A stretch of 57,742 bases of DNA from a virus (lineage: Duplodnaviria; Caudoviricetes): the IMG/VR virus record IMGVR_UViG_3300042484_002226, positions 1-57,742 of that record; one strand, given 5' to 3'. How positions within the stretch are numbered: the first letter of the stretch is position 1; each line of letters opens with the position of its first letter. The notes under the pieces were generated by a model, which made no database searches, was not told the DNA's origin, and saw only the letters and a program-made list of their open reading frames with translations. A program made the translations under genes and the position numbers. This document shows positions 1 through 10,391 of this stretch, piece after piece.

Positions 1-2
1 TT

Positions 3-377
3 GCTGAGTACGGAGAAGAAAACATCAAGGGCTACTTCCTAAGTGATCCTCAACAAAGCGTATCCCGGAGAACACGCAAGGGCTTTAACACCACACACAA
101 GCCCAAGCTTGCTGCTTGTGCTAAGTTAAAGAATCTAGTCGAGACTGATAGAATGAAGATCAACAGCCCGTCTCTTATATCCGAGCTCAAGAACTTTGTT
201 GCTGTGGGCACTAGTTATCAGGCCAAGATAGGGGAAACCGACGATCTTGTAATGTCCACCATACTAGCGGTACGCATGTTGCAGGTGCTGCAAAGTTACC
301 ACCAAAATCTTGACGAGCAAATGCGGGATCACCAGGATGTTTCTATCGAACCGTTGCCGTTCATTGCTACGTTCTAA
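3..377 (+). CDS. Terminase large subunit, C-terminal nuclease part (5'-truncated by the window edge)
   Basis: Frame is open from base 3 (AEYGEENIKGYF...RKGFNTTHKPKLAACAKLKNLVE...ISELKNFVAVGTSYQAKIGETDDLVMS); ELKNF...DDLVM matches the T4 gp17-type C-terminus. Confidence 0.85.
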   Translation, partial: AEYGEENIKGYFLSDPQQSVSRRTRKGFNTTHKPKLAACAKLKNLVETDRMKINSPSLISELKNFVAVGTSYQAKIGETDDLVMSTILAVRMLQVLQSYHQNLDEQMRDHQDVSIEPLPFIATF

Positions 378-404
378 CAAGCATAGTATGGCATAAATAT
401 TATT

Positions 405-1811
405 ATGCAAAATTCTTCTTCACAAACACTTTATGATTTGCTGATAACGCACGACTTTGAGCCCGAGGCACTAGATGCTGCGGGCAAGTCTACTGGCGAC
501 ATTGAAAATGCAAAGATGTTCAGCTTTGATTTCAAAACTCCCAATAAGAATTACGGTACCGTGGTAATTCTTATTGGCCCAGAGAACGATCTTCAGATGT
601 TTGCCTCTGACAATATCGGCAAGACCATGGAAGGTGATGACAAGAAGCAGTGGTTTGATTTTATTCAACAACTGAAACCGTTTGCTATACGTAACAACTT
701 TTCTGGCTTTAGTATCCAAAACATCAATCGATTAAAGTACACCATGCAAGGCATGGCTGCAATCAAGGAAGGCCTGTTTGAGGGCTACTACGGCAATCGT
801 TCGTTTAGCTACAGTGACCAACCTAAACAAACTAGATTGGTTATCAAGCACAGCCGGCCCTTGGGCGAAACTGACGCACGTCATCACAATATCGACAGCC
901 TGTATGTTGAAACTGAAGACGGAAGCCGATACAGATTACCTCACCGCAACTTGTCTGCTGGCAAGGCCATGGCACGCCACTGTGCCGAAGGCGGCAATCC
1001 GCATGACGCTTTTGGTCAGCACATCAATAGCCTGGTAACTGAGCTTGCTACACTGGGTAGATTTATACGTGCTGCTCGCGGACGCGAGTTTGATGGCCCT
1101 GCTGCTGAGTTGGTCGAGACAGCAATACGGCATTATGGTGCACTCAAGAACAAGGCCAAGCAAATGATCAGCCAGCGCGGCTACTACGAATCTAGGGACA
1201 GCTTTGACCCTGCTGCTATTTCTGATCGTGAACTGGCGGTCGAATCAATCCGTAACATGTTTATTGAACAGTCTGTGGATCAGCGTATCGAAGAAGCACT
1301 ACCGATTCTAGCACGCCTACAAAAACCTGCCGAGCCTGCAATGCGAGAAGCAGACGAGTTCGAAAGCTGGGCCGCTGGCATCACTGAAGGAACCTGGGCC
1401 TTGCCCGATGCTCCAGACACCCAGCAGCAGCTTAAAAAACTGATGAGCGAGCCGCTGATTGTTGGCCCTGACGCAACCAATGCAACAGAACAACTGTACA
1501 ATCTTGTTGGTGATGATGAGTTGTTTGACATTCTATCTGATATTGCTGCCCAAAATCCCAACGCCAATGCTTGGGAAAATCCGGAAGTCATGAACCGTTT
1601 GGCTGAACTGGGTGTTGATGTACCTGGTGGCGATGAGCAGAATCCTGACCAACCAATTGATCCCAAGGCAGCTGACACTCCGCCCGAGGACGCTATGGGA
1701 GAAGACCTGGATACTGACGGGGTCATGATGACCCAACCCAGCAATATGAGCAGCGAAAGCAGAGAAGTTAATTCAGAATTCACCCGCTTGATGGAGTTGC
1801 TCAAACACTAA
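405..1811 (+). CDS. Hypothetical protein, probably late/head-associated
   Basis: 468-aa ORF, TAAATA 5 nt upstream of the ATG, acidic tail, several [LIV]xE motifs. Confidence 0.6.
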   Translation: MQNSSSQTLYDLLITHDFEPEALDAAGKSTGDIENAKMFSFDFKTPNKNYGTVVILIGPENDLQMFASDNIGKTMEGDDKKQWFDFIQQLKPFAIRNNFSGFSIQNINRLKYTMQGMAAIKEGLFEGYYGNRSFSYSDQPKQTRLVIKHSRPLGETDARHHNIDSLYVETEDGSRYRLPHRNLSAGKAMARHCAEGGNPHDAFGQHINSLVTELATLGRFIRAARGREFDGPAAELVETAIRHYGALKNKAKQMISQRGYYESRDSFDPAAISDRELAVESIRNMFIEQSVDQRIEEALPILARLQKPAEPAMREADEFESWAAGITEGTWALPDAPDTQQQLKKLMSEPLIVGPDATNATEQLYNLVGDDELFDILSDIAAQNPNANAWENPEVMNRLAELGVDVPGGDEQNPDQPIDPKAADTPPEDAMGEDLDTDGVMMTQPSNMSSESREVNSEFTRLMELLKH

Positions 1812-1841
1812 GATTTAGAGCAATAAAAGTTCCTTTCAGTC

Positions 1842-1870
1842 TTGTAATACTAAATAAAATCGCATATACT
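1842..1870 (+). promoter_or_regulatory. Sigma70-like promoter with an embedded TAAATA late-type element, upstream of the SSB gene
   Basis: TTGTAA-17 nt-TATACT, with TAAATA at 1851-1856. Confidence 0.55.
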
Positions 1871-1942
1871 GTACTCAGTACATGCACTTAGGCATTTACT
1901 AGGCAACTTAAAGCTAATATAGGCACATGAAAGGAAAATATT

Positions 1943-2941
1943 ATGGCATCTCTAGCTGATATCCGCGCACGTCTTCAATCCGCTGAACAAAACAAAGGCG
2001 GTCAATCCCAAGGAGGCGGTGACAACGCAATTTACGCACACTGGAACATGGATGAGGGACAATCGGCAAACGTTCGATTCCTCGCTGATGGTAATCCCAA
2101 GAACACATTCTTCTGGGTTGAACGTGCAATGATCAAACTGCCCTTTAACGGCGTCAAAGGTGAAACGGACAATAAGCAGGTTATGGTCCAAGTCCCTTGC
2201 GTTGAAATGTATGGTGACTCGTGTCCAATTCTGGCCGAAGTCCGTACTTGGTTCAAGGACAAGAGTCTCGAGGACATGGGTCGTAAGTATTGGAAGAAGC
2301 GTAGTTACTTGTTCCAGGGCTTTGTTCGTGAAAATCCCATCTTTGATGACAAGACTCCCGAGAATCCGATTCGCCGTTTCATTATCGGACCACAAATCTT
2401 TACTGGTATCAAATCCGCACTGATGGATCCTGAACTGGAAGAATTGCCCACTGACACTATGCGCGGTCTGGACTACCGCATTGCCAAGACTGGCAAGGGC
2501 GGCTATGCTGACTACAGCACTAGCAAGTGGGCACGTAAAGAGTCTGCACTTACGCAAGCAGAGATGGACGCAATCGAGAAGCATGGCTTGTTCGACCTGT
2601 CTGAGTTCTTGCCCAAGAAGCCCAGTGATGTTGATCTCAAGGTCATGAAGGAAATGTTCGAAGCAAGCGTCGATGGTAAGCCATACGATCTTGCTCGTTG
2701 GGGACAGTACTTCCGTCCAGCTGGCATGAATGCTCCTCAAGGTTCTGCACAACCGGCTGCTGCAACTGAGTCCGCAGCACCGGCAAGCCGACCTGCCCCT
2801 GCAGCTGATCCTTCTCCCTGGGAAGATGATGTAGCTGCGGCTGAACAGTCGTTCTCTGCGCCTGTCTCTAAGCCTGCGCCAGCAGCAGGTGGGCAAAGTG
2901 CTCAAGACATTCTTGCAATGATCCGAGCACGGCAAAAATAA
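1943..2941 (+). CDS. gp32: Single-stranded DNA-binding protein (T4 gp32-like)
   Basis: VRFL, PC...CPI, RKYWKKRSY, K...GYADYSTSKW motifs; Ala/Pro linker; AAGGA SD; lies next to uvsX. Confidence 0.85.
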   Translation: MASLADIRARLQSAEQNKGGQSQGGGDNAIYAHWNMDEGQSANVRFLADGNPKNTFFWVERAMIKLPFNGVKGETDNKQVMVQVPCVEMYGDSCPILAEVRTWFKDKSLEDMGRKYWKKRSYLFQGFVRENPIFDDKTPENPIRRFIIGPQIFTGIKSALMDPELEELPTDTMRGLDYRIAKTGKGGYADYSTSKWARKESALTQAEMDAIEKHGLFDLSEFLPKKPSDVDLKVMKEMFEASVDGKPYDLARWGQYFRPAGMNAPQGSAQPAAATESAAPASRPAPAADPSPWEDDVAAAEQSFSAPVSKPAPAAGGQSAQDILAMIRARQK

Positions 2942-2947
2942 TACCTA

Positions 2948-3562
2948 ATGAAGATATTAGTAGTTGGTGATAGTTTTGCAGCAGATTGGTCAGTTAAGCA
3001 TAAAAATAGTGTTGGCTGGCCAAATCTGCTTGCAAAAGATTTTGATATTACTAACTTAGCACAGGCTGGTGTAAGCGAATATAAGATCTATCGACAAGTT
3101 TTATCTGTTGATACCTGTCAATTTGATTTGGTCTTAATCGCTCATACTAGCCCGTACCGAGTTGTTACACGTGAGCATCCAATTCACTGCGGCGATCCAC
3201 TACATGATCAATCTGATCTGATTAGTGAAGATGTTGCTTTTCATGCCAGCCGAGTAAGGAACTGGTTAACTCCAGGAATTCAATCAGCAAATGCATATTT
3301 CAAGCATCACTTTGATATTGAATACCACGAAACAATCTACAAGCTATTGCGTAAAACAGTAGAAGACTCTGTTGTTGACGCAAAGAAGATTGTAATTGAT
3401 AACTATCGATTTGATTTTAAAATTGAGAAAACTATAGATTGCATGGACTTTTGTGATATACGAGACCAGCATCCCGGACTACTCAATCATTTATCGTCTC
3501 AAGGAAACGAAATAGCACATGCTCGAGTTCTTGCTGCAATACGTAACCGTCAAAAACAGTAA
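2948..3562 (+). CDS. SGNH/GDSL hydrolase-like protein
   Basis: VVGDSF block I, NLAQAG block II, C-terminal NHLS..G. Confidence 0.6.
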   Translation: MKILVVGDSFAADWSVKHKNSVGWPNLLAKDFDITNLAQAGVSEYKIYRQVLSVDTCQFDLVLIAHTSPYRVVTREHPIHCGDPLHDQSDLISEDVAFHASRVRNWLTPGIQSANAYFKHHFDIEYHETIYKLLRKTVEDSVVDAKKIVIDNYRFDFKIEKTIDCMDFCDIRDQHPGLLNHLSSQGNEIAHARVLAAIRNRQKQ

Positions 3563-3568
3563 CTGTGA

Positions 3569-4465
3569 ATGTTAGCCACATCGGGATATAAAAACAATGA
3601 TTTACATGTTTTTGTATTCTGTTGTGCCGAATACAAAGATATTGTTAACGATTGTATCAGTTCGATTGATCAATATGTATTAGATCCAGTTGCATCTTAT
3701 AACATTGTTTCGAACACAGAAATCCATATCGATGGGTATAACTTAGTTAAGGATAGAGATTTCTGGTCCTTGATTGATCCAGATTTAAAATATCGAAACT
3801 TGTACAATCATAATTGGATTAAACAACAACTATTTAAATTAAATCTGGATCAAATTGTATCTGGAAATATACTAATCATTGATGCAGAAGTAAGGTTTCA
3901 AAAACCAACTCGTTGGTTTAACAACAATCGACATACAGTATTTTACACTCCTCAAAGATGGAAACAGCTTAGTAGTGTTGCAGAGTTTGTTAAGCAACTG
4001 TTAGGTCTCGATATTGATCTGACAAAAAATTTTATCGTTGAAGCAACAGTGTTTTCAACAGATATATTAAAAGAAATACGAACTCAAATTGAAAACATGC
4101 ACGGAGTAGATCAACTAACAGCATATCAACAAATATTATTTGATGATCCGACATCGTTGCATCCGATGCCAAAATTTTTTATGTCTGAGTATGAGATGTA
4201 CATGAATTACTTAATAACAGCTCATCCAGAAAAAGTAAACAAACTGATAGATATCGACGAGGACAATTCATTCTTAAGTATCGAGCATACGATAAAAAGT
4301 AATTCCATGAATAATCAAACTAAATGGATTACATTTTATGAACAAGTTAGAGATAACTCGTGGCCGGACTGCTGCTGTGAAGAAGACTTTTATAAATTAC
4401 CTAACCATATACAAGATGAGTGCATTACTGTATTTGGGTACAACCCAAAATTTGTCAGGGATTGA
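3569..4465 (+). CDS. GT-A/DUF6492-like protein carrying the shared C-terminal module
   Basis: WIKQQLFKL, IIDAE and FMSEYEMY motifs; C-terminal FYEQVRDNSWPD...LP.HIQDEC. Confidence 0.55.
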   Translation: MLATSGYKNNDLHVFVFCCAEYKDIVNDCISSIDQYVLDPVASYNIVSNTEIHIDGYNLVKDRDFWSLIDPDLKYRNLYNHNWIKQQLFKLNLDQIVSGNILIIDAEVRFQKPTRWFNNNRHTVFYTPQRWKQLSSVAEFVKQLLGLDIDLTKNFIVEATVFSTDILKEIRTQIENMHGVDQLTAYQQILFDDPTSLHPMPKFFMSEYEMYMNYLITAHPEKVNKLIDIDEDNSFLSIEHTIKSNSMNNQTKWITFYEQVRDNSWPDCCCEEDFYKLPNHIQDECITVFGYNPKFVRD

Positions 4466-4535
4466 TAATTTTAATAAAACTTTGTTAGCACAGCATTGCA
4501 CATCATAAACATAATTTTTACACAAGGAAATAAAC

Positions 4536-5597
4536 ATGGGAAAACCGTTTGACGTAAGCAAGTTCCGCAAGGAAATCACCAAAAGTATCGATGGCTTGAG
4601 CATCGGTTTCAATGATCCCACTGATTGGATCTCAACTGGCAACTACGCCCTAAACTATCTAATCTCTGGAGACTTTAACAGAGGCGTCCCATTGGGCAAG
4701 GTTACTGTGTTTGCAGGCGAGTCTGGTGCAGGAAAAAGTTACATCTGCAGCGGCAACATTATTAAGAACGCACAGGAACAGGGCATCTATGTGGTGCTGA
4801 TTGATAGTGAAAATGCGCTAGATGAAAAGTGGCTGCATGATCTCGGAGTTGACACTAGCGACAGCAAATTGCTCAAGCTGTCAATGGCCATGATTGATGA
4901 CGTTGCTAAGACCATTAGCACCTTCATGGGCGATTACAAGGCATTGCCCGACGGCGAGCGCCCCAAGGTTCTGTTTGTGATTGATAGCCTGGGCATGTTG
5001 TTGACCCCAACTGATGTGAACCAGTTCGACGCAGGCGACATGAAGGGCGACATGGGCCGCAAGCCTAAAGCACTTACAAGTCTTGTCCGTAACTGTGTCA
5101 ACATGTTTGGCAGCTACAATGTAGGGCTGGTGTGCACTAACCACACTTATGCCAGTCAAGACATGTTTGACCCCGACGACAAAATCAGCGGCGGTCAAGG
5201 TTTCGTGTACGCAAGCAGCATTGTGGTTGCTATGAAAAAGCTCAAGCTCAAAGAGGACGAGGATGGCAACAAGATCACTGACGTCATGGGCATTCGAGCT
5301 GCTTGCAAGGTAATGAAAACTCGTTATGCCAAGCCGTTTGAAGGTGTGCAGGTCAAGATCCCGTACGAGTCGGGGATGAGTCCTTACTCGGGTCTTACTG
5401 ACTTGATTGAAAAGAAAAACATGCTCAAGAAAGAGGGCAATAGCTTGGTGTTTACCACAGGCGATGGCGAAATCATCAAGAAGTTCCGCAAGGCCTGGGA
5501 AGCAAACACAGACGGATGCCTGGACAAGGTCATGGCTGATTTTGAAAATCAGATTAAAAAGGTAAGTACACCAGAAATAGAATCTGAAGAGGAATAA
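4536..5597 (+). CDS. uvsX: RecA-like recombinase UvsX
   Basis: Walker A GESGAGKS, IDSE, VIDSLG, TNHTY, SGG; AAGGA SD. Confidence 0.93.
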   Translation: MGKPFDVSKFRKEITKSIDGLSIGFNDPTDWISTGNYALNYLISGDFNRGVPLGKVTVFAGESGAGKSYICSGNIIKNAQEQGIYVVLIDSENALDEKWLHDLGVDTSDSKLLKLSMAMIDDVAKTISTFMGDYKALPDGERPKVLFVIDSLGMLLTPTDVNQFDAGDMKGDMGRKPKALTSLVRNCVNMFGSYNVGLVCTNHTYASQDMFDPDDKISGGQGFVYASSIVVAMKKLKLKEDEDGNKITDVMGIRAACKVMKTRYAKPFEGVQVKIPYESGMSPYSGLTDLIEKKNMLKKEGNSLVFTTGDGEIIKKFRKAWEANTDGCLDKVMADFENQIKKVSTPEIESEEE

Positions 5598-5603
5598 CAT
5601 TAG

Positions 5604-5849
5604 ATGTCAGTAGAACTAACACACGATCTTTGGCAAGAGCTCAAGCGTTATATCAGCGTGGTTGACAGAGACGAAGCAGCTGATATTGTTGTCAACATGT
5701 TGATCGACAACGACTATGATATCACCGATATTCGTCAAGCATTCAAAAGCGACAGTGATGTCAAGCGAGCATTACAGCATCATGTTGACGATGCCGACGA
5801 TGACGAAGAAGAATTTGACGATCACGACAGCGACGAATACGAGGAATAA
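5604..5849 (+). CDS. Small acidic hypothetical protein
   Basis: 81-aa ORF between uvsX and uvsY with a D/E-rich tail. Confidence 0.7.
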   Translation: MSVELTHDLWQELKRYISVVDRDEAADIVVNMLIDNDYDITDIRQAFKSDSDVKRALQHHVDDADDDEEEFDDHDSDEYEE

Positions 5850-5851
5850 GA

Positions 5852-6304
5852 ATGTGGTATAATCGCGTAGTAGCGAGTCTTGCCAACATTCCTGACTTTG
5901 TTGCTCATTATGAAAATGAGCTAGAGTCAGCTAAACGCGAATGTCACATCAGCGGATTAGTTGAGACCAACATCAAACAGCTTCCCGGTAATACCGAGCA
6001 CCGCTTTAATCAGCTACAAGAGATCGAAGCGGTGCTTAATTTTCTTGGCATTCAGTTGAGGAAAATACGCCGCCGCCACTTTCAGAAGTATCTAGAAAGC
6101 TATGCTAGAGCATTGACATCCAGGGATGCCGAAAAGTATGTGGATGGCGAAGACGAAGTCATTGACTTTGAAACTTTGATTAACGAGGTTGCGTTGCTAC
6201 GCAATCGTTGGTTGGGTATCATGAAAGGTCTCGAAAGTAAGAATTTCATGATGGGACATATCGTAAGATTGCGCACAGCAGGAATGGAAGACGTACAAGT
6301 ATGA
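5852..6304 (+). CDS. uvsY: UvsY-like recombination mediator
   Basis: 150-aa helical protein with LTSRDAEKYVDGE motif, adjacent to uvsX. Confidence 0.7.
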   Translation: MWYNRVVASLANIPDFVAHYENELESAKRECHISGLVETNIKQLPGNTEHRFNQLQEIEAVLNFLGIQLRKIRRRHFQKYLESYARALTSRDAEKYVDGEDEVIDFETLINEVALLRNRWLGIMKGLESKNFMMGHIVRLRTAGMEDVQV

Positions 6305-7065
6305 TACATCGCGGATTTCGAAATCCACAAGAGAGCCACCAACACAGCCTGAAGACACTGGACTTGCTGTACGAGTTTGACGACTTCATGCTCAGTATCA
6401 GCACACTTGCAGACATGGGGTGTGGGGACGGCATGGACTTAGCCTGGTGGGCATCAAGAACCACTCGGGGAGATAACCCGGTACCACTAAACATTCAGTG
6501 TACTGGGGTAGATACTGCACCAAGACTGGCTGTTGCCGAACAAACACGCAACATACAGTACAAGTCTCAGAATTTCGAAGATCCAATCTTGCTGCATAAA
6601 ATCAAGTATGATATTATTTGGTGTCACGATGCATTTCAGTATGTGTTGAACCCATTTGAAACCTTGCGTAGTTGGAGATCAGTTGTTAGTGACAGCGGAA
6701 TGCTGATTCTGGCAATACCGCAAACTACTGTTATGGAGTTTAACGATCAGGAGTATGATCAACCGGACTTCCACTACTACAACTGGACCATGGTAAGTCT
6801 AATACACGTCCTTGCAGTTACTGGCTGGGATACCCGCAGCGGGTTCTTTAAAAAGGAACAAAATGATCCTTGGCTCTATGCAATTGTCTATAAAAGTGAA
6901 CAAGAGCCACTAGACCCTAGAACAACCAAGTGGTATGACTTGGTTGAAAAGAACCTAGTACCCGAGACCGCAATTGCAAGCATACACCGCTATGGCTACT
7001 TGCGGCAGCGTGATCTTGTGGTGCCCTGGTTAGATGGCAGCTTAACCTGGATGGGACATCAATAG
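6301..7065 (+). CDS. Class I SAM-dependent methyltransferase
   Basis: DMGCGDG motif I, YDIIWCHD, SGMLILAIP. Confidence 0.8.
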   Translation: MIHRGFRNPQESHQHSLKTLDLLYEFDDFMLSISTLADMGCGDGMDLAWWASRTTRGDNPVPLNIQCTGVDTAPRLAVAEQTRNIQYKSQNFEDPILLHKIKYDIIWCHDAFQYVLNPFETLRSWRSVVSDSGMLILAIPQTTVMEFNDQEYDQPDFHYYNWTMVSLIHVLAVTGWDTRSGFFKKEQNDPWLYAIVYKSEQEPLDPRTTKWYDLVEKNLVPETAIASIHRYGYLRQRDLVVPWLDGSLTWMGHQ

Positions 7066-7067
7066 AT

Positions 7068-7250
7068 ATGGGTACTCTTAAATCTGATACAAACGTAGTT
7101 AGCTGGAAAATCGACGCAAGACTTGCGGAGCTAGTGGATAACATGCTGTGGAATGATATTCGTCAAGCAGCACAGGTCAACCCTGTATTACAAGAAATGC
7201 TCGATCGAGTCGTAATATTATACCGACTCAGTGACAAGAATCCAAAATAA
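7068..7250 (+). CDS. Hypothetical protein
   Basis: 60-aa ORF 2 nt after the upstream stop. Confidence 0.55.
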   Translation: MGTLKSDTNVVSWKIDARLAELVDNMLWNDIRQAAQVNPVLQEMLDRVVILYRLSDKNPK

Positions 7251-7255
7251 GTTGC

Positions 7256-8101
7256 TTACTTAAACTGTAATCCAGGCAGTAATCGTTTGATTGGGTAACC
7301 AGTAGCAATCTCCTCTACTGTCCATTCAGTATGTGCAATATCAACCAGCCAGTTAGCTCTATCGGGGCACACTGGCTTTTCTATTTGTGATAGATCTAGA
7401 TTGCCCACAGGTGCCGCTAGGCTACTAGCACCAACAAACACCGGAACTCCGGCTATAGCAGCTTGTACCCCAGGGCCGCTATTCCAGTTAATCACAGCCC
7501 AAGCGTCTTGCAAGCATTGATCAAAATCAAAATCATCATAACTGTTGGCCAACTTTTGTGGCACTTGATATGTGCATCCTGGCGGAGGTACAACACGTTG
7601 TCTAGGATGTGTGCGTAGTATAATGGGCCGATTGCTGCGGGTTTGCACTTGTTTCACTGTATCGGCTACCCAGGTAGCTGCGTCTGGTTGGTCTCGCCAT
7701 TGCTCGCTATCAGATCTTTGAGTAGCAATTACAATGTTTCTGCCAGTGCTGCGCCAGGGCGTTAACGCAAGTCCTAACTGGGTAACTCTGTTAGCATCTA
7801 GTCCTTGCCCCCAGTACGCAGTATTACCGGTACCGTTGATTCCTACCTTCCAGGTTTTTCCTCGATCAAGCAACCCTACTTCGAGCACGACGACAGGGCG
7901 ATGATTGTTTCTAAAGTATTGCCAAACTTGTTGGTTGCCCTGCATTCTACCTGCCCAAACTTGACTCCAGATGACTGCAACATCGGCATTAACATCGTGC
8001 GACTGGTATTCTAGCCCTAATTGTTTTAATCCGTGTTCAAATGCCTCAAATACAGGCTGACTGTTTAGTGCACCAAATTTATTAAAAATACCAAATCGCA
8101 T
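7256..8101 (-). CDS. Capsule-polysaccharide-biosynthesis-like (KpsS/GT-B-like) protein, paralog 1
   Basis: PWR..G.NI, RPIILRTHP, INWNSG...AAIAGVPVFV. Confidence 0.6.
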   Translation of the reverse strand: MRFGIFNKFGALNSQPVFEAFEHGLKQLGLEYQSHDVNADVAVIWSQVWAGRMQGNQQVWQYFRNNHRPVVVLEVGLLDRGKTWKVGINGTGNTAYWGQGLDANRVTQLGLALTPWRSTGRNIVIATQRSDSEQWRDQPDAATWVADTVKQVQTRSNRPIILRTHPRQRVVPPPGCTYQVPQKLANSYDDFDFDQCLQDAWAVINWNSGPGVQAAIAGVPVFVGASSLAAPVGNLDLSQIEKPVCPDRANWLVDIAHTEWTVEEIATGYPIKRLLPGLQFK

Positions 8102-8126
8102 ATGTTAAATACCTTGCACTTTAATT

Positions 8127-8948
8127 ATGGTAAACAACATGGTTCGTAAATTTGCAGTAGTCACTACGTTTAATCAATCAGGATACAGCCATTACGGTAG
8201 TAAAATGATTGATACTTTTCTAGCCACATGGCCGCAAGAGGTTGATTTATATGTATATGCAGAAGATTGTGTGGTACTGCAACTTGACCCTAGATTGCAT
8301 GTGATTGATCTCAACAGCGCAGCACCGGACTTGGTTGCATTTAAAAAACAATGGAGTCAAGTGCCCAAAGCCGTTGGGCAGGTACCAAAAGGGCCGATTG
8401 ATTCCAGGGGTAAACAGCACGGAATTGGATTCAAATGGGATGCTGTACGTTTTTCTCACAAGGTATATGCAATATTTCATTGCGCCGGTACACAGCCAGC
8501 CGATTGGTTATTGTGGATGGATGGCGATACTGTGTGCCACAGCACAATTAGCCTTGCCCAATTGGGTAAGCTTTGTCCACAGGATAGAGACCTGTGCTTT
8601 TTGGGACGTAATCAAAAGTACTCTGAATGTGGTTTGTATGCAATGAATCTTGCTAGGCCGGTTGTGGGAACTTTCTTGAAACTGTTTCAACGCTATTATG
8701 ATGATGCCGAAAACGGAATATTCACCCTGGATGAATGGCACGACTCATTTGTGTTTGACGCTGTGAGAAAACAATGCACCCTGAACGAATTAGATTGGTC
8801 CGGTAATCTGATCACCGGAGAAGGCCATCCCTTGATCAACTCGGAATGGGGTGCATATTTGGATCATCTCAAAGGTGCCAGGAAAGATTTAAAACGTAGT
8901 AAACTTACAGATCTTAAAATAAAACGTACAGAAGAGTATTGGCAATGA
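8127..8948 (+). CDS. GT-A glycosyltransferase
   Basis: VVTTF, RFSHKVYA, WMDGD (DxD), EWHDSFVFD, DHLKG. Confidence 0.7.
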   Translation: MVNNMVRKFAVVTTFNQSGYSHYGSKMIDTFLATWPQEVDLYVYAEDCVVLQLDPRLHVIDLNSAAPDLVAFKKQWSQVPKAVGQVPKGPIDSRGKQHGIGFKWDAVRFSHKVYAIFHCAGTQPADWLLWMDGDTVCHSTISLAQLGKLCPQDRDLCFLGRNQKYSECGLYAMNLARPVVGTFLKLFQRYYDDAENGIFTLDEWHDSFVFDAVRKQCTLNELDWSGNLITGEGHPLINSEWGAYLDHLKGARKDLKRSKLTDLKIKRTEEYWQ

Positions 8949-9751
8949 CCTGGACATTTTTAAGCAAGAATAACCAGGACGAGTATATAGAAATGTTTGC
9001 TCGAGGATCTGGGTCTGTGCCCACTGCACTAGAAACCTGGCAGTACGAGCATGACCAAAATACAATTGTGGTACGTGGCATAATGAAGCATAAGATTATC
9101 AAGAAATGTTGGCAGGATCAACGCCCATTTTTGTACATGGATTCAGGTTACATGGGGAATCGTGCAAGTATTAACAATCCCAGTGGATGGAAACACTATC
9201 ATCGAATTGTATTCAATGACTTGCAGCACGATAAAATTATACCACGTTCGGCTGATCGGTGGGAACGACTACGAATTAAAATACAACCCTGGCGCCGTAC
9301 CGGTAACAAGATATTGATTGCAGCACCAGATGAAAAACCTTGCATATTCTACGGCATTGACCTTGAACAATGGATATCACAAACTGTAGCCACAATAAAA
9401 CAACACACTGATCGTCCAGTAGAAATACGTCAACGTAATTCAGATAGAAAAGTTAGAGTTAAAAATAACTTAGAGTCTGCGCTGGACGATGTGCATGCTG
9501 TGGTCACATTCAACTCAATTGCTGCCACTGAAAGCATACTAGCAGGCGTGCCGGCGTTTGTCATAGCACCTGCGGCCAATGCTGCAAAACCAGTCTGCAA
9601 TACAGATTTAAGTAAAATAGAAACACCCTGGTTACCCGACAGCGATCTGATATATAAGTGGGCTTGCCACCTGGCATATGGACAATTCCATACTACAGAA
9701 CTAGCCAATGGCACAGCCACCCGAATACTTAAGGAGACTCTTAGTGCGTGA
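8945..9751 (+). CDS. Capsule-polysaccharide-biosynthesis-like protein, paralog 2
   Basis: YMDSGY, PWRRTGNKIL, TDRPVEIR, VTFNSIAATESILAGVPAFV; ATGA overlap with upstream gene. Confidence 0.6.
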   Translation: MTWTFLSKNNQDEYIEMFARGSGSVPTALETWQYEHDQNTIVVRGIMKHKIIKKCWQDQRPFLYMDSGYMGNRASINNPSGWKHYHRIVFNDLQHDKIIPRSADRWERLRIKIQPWRRTGNKILIAAPDEKPCIFYGIDLEQWISQTVATIKQHTDRPVEIRQRNSDRKVRVKNNLESALDDVHAVVTFNSIAATESILAGVPAFVIAPAANAAKPVCNTDLSKIETPWLPDSDLIYKWACHLAYGQFHTTELANGTATRILKETLSA

Positions 9752-10391
9752 ACAATATGGATGGTACTTTCCGGACATTGAAACACATTTCCCAGAAATG
9801 TTAGGCAAGAATATCAAAAAGGGCGGACCCGCTGAGTATCAACAACCGGTACGACTGCTCAGTTTACAACATGTGAAGAACAAACGAACTGCCCTGGACA
9901 TTGGTGCTAACGTAGGGTTGTGGTCACGTGACTTAACGCAACATTTTGATCAAGTGATTGCATTTGAACCTGTGGCAATGTTTAGAGAATGTTTACAACG
10001 CAATGTCACTGCATCAAATATCACAATAGAGACTGTGGCCTTGGGTGATTCGGAAGGACAGGTGCGCATGATAATTACAGAGGGCAATACAGGCCACACA
10101 CATGTGGATCCCACTAGTAACGGTGGTGATACTCGTATTATCCGACTTGACAGTTTAATCTTGCAGAATGTTGACTACATCAAGATCGACTGCGAAGGTT
10201 TTGAATATCGTGTGCTACAAGGTGCCCGGCAAACTATACAGCGATGCAGGCCTGTTGTTGTGATAGAACAAAAGCCGCATGATATGTATTCGAAGGAGTA
10301 TGGTCAGTTTGCTGCAATTGGCCTGTTGGAAGATTGGGGCATGATCAAACTAGATCAAGTTAAAGACGATTGGATCATGGGCTGGCAATGA
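9744..10391 (+). CDS. FkbM-family methyltransferase
   Basis: LDIGANVG, AFEP, IKIDCEGFE..VLQG; GTG start after AAGGAG. Confidence 0.88.
   Translation: MREQYGWYFPDIETHFPEMLGKNIKKGGPAEYQQPVRLLSLQHVKNKRTALDIGANVGLWSRDLTQHFDQVIAFEPVAMFRECLQRNVTASNITIETVALGDSEGQVRMIITEGNTGHTHVDPTSNGGDTRIIRLDSLILQNVDYIKIDCEGFEYRVLQGARQTIQRCRPVVVIEQKPHDMYSKEYGQFAAIGLLEDWGMIKLDQVKDDWIMGWQ

Noticed and set aside
1952-2935. Long antisense ORFs (also 4881-5600, 40127-40717, 53431-53946)
   Set aside because: They mirror well-supported genes, reflect codon bias and carry no motifs.
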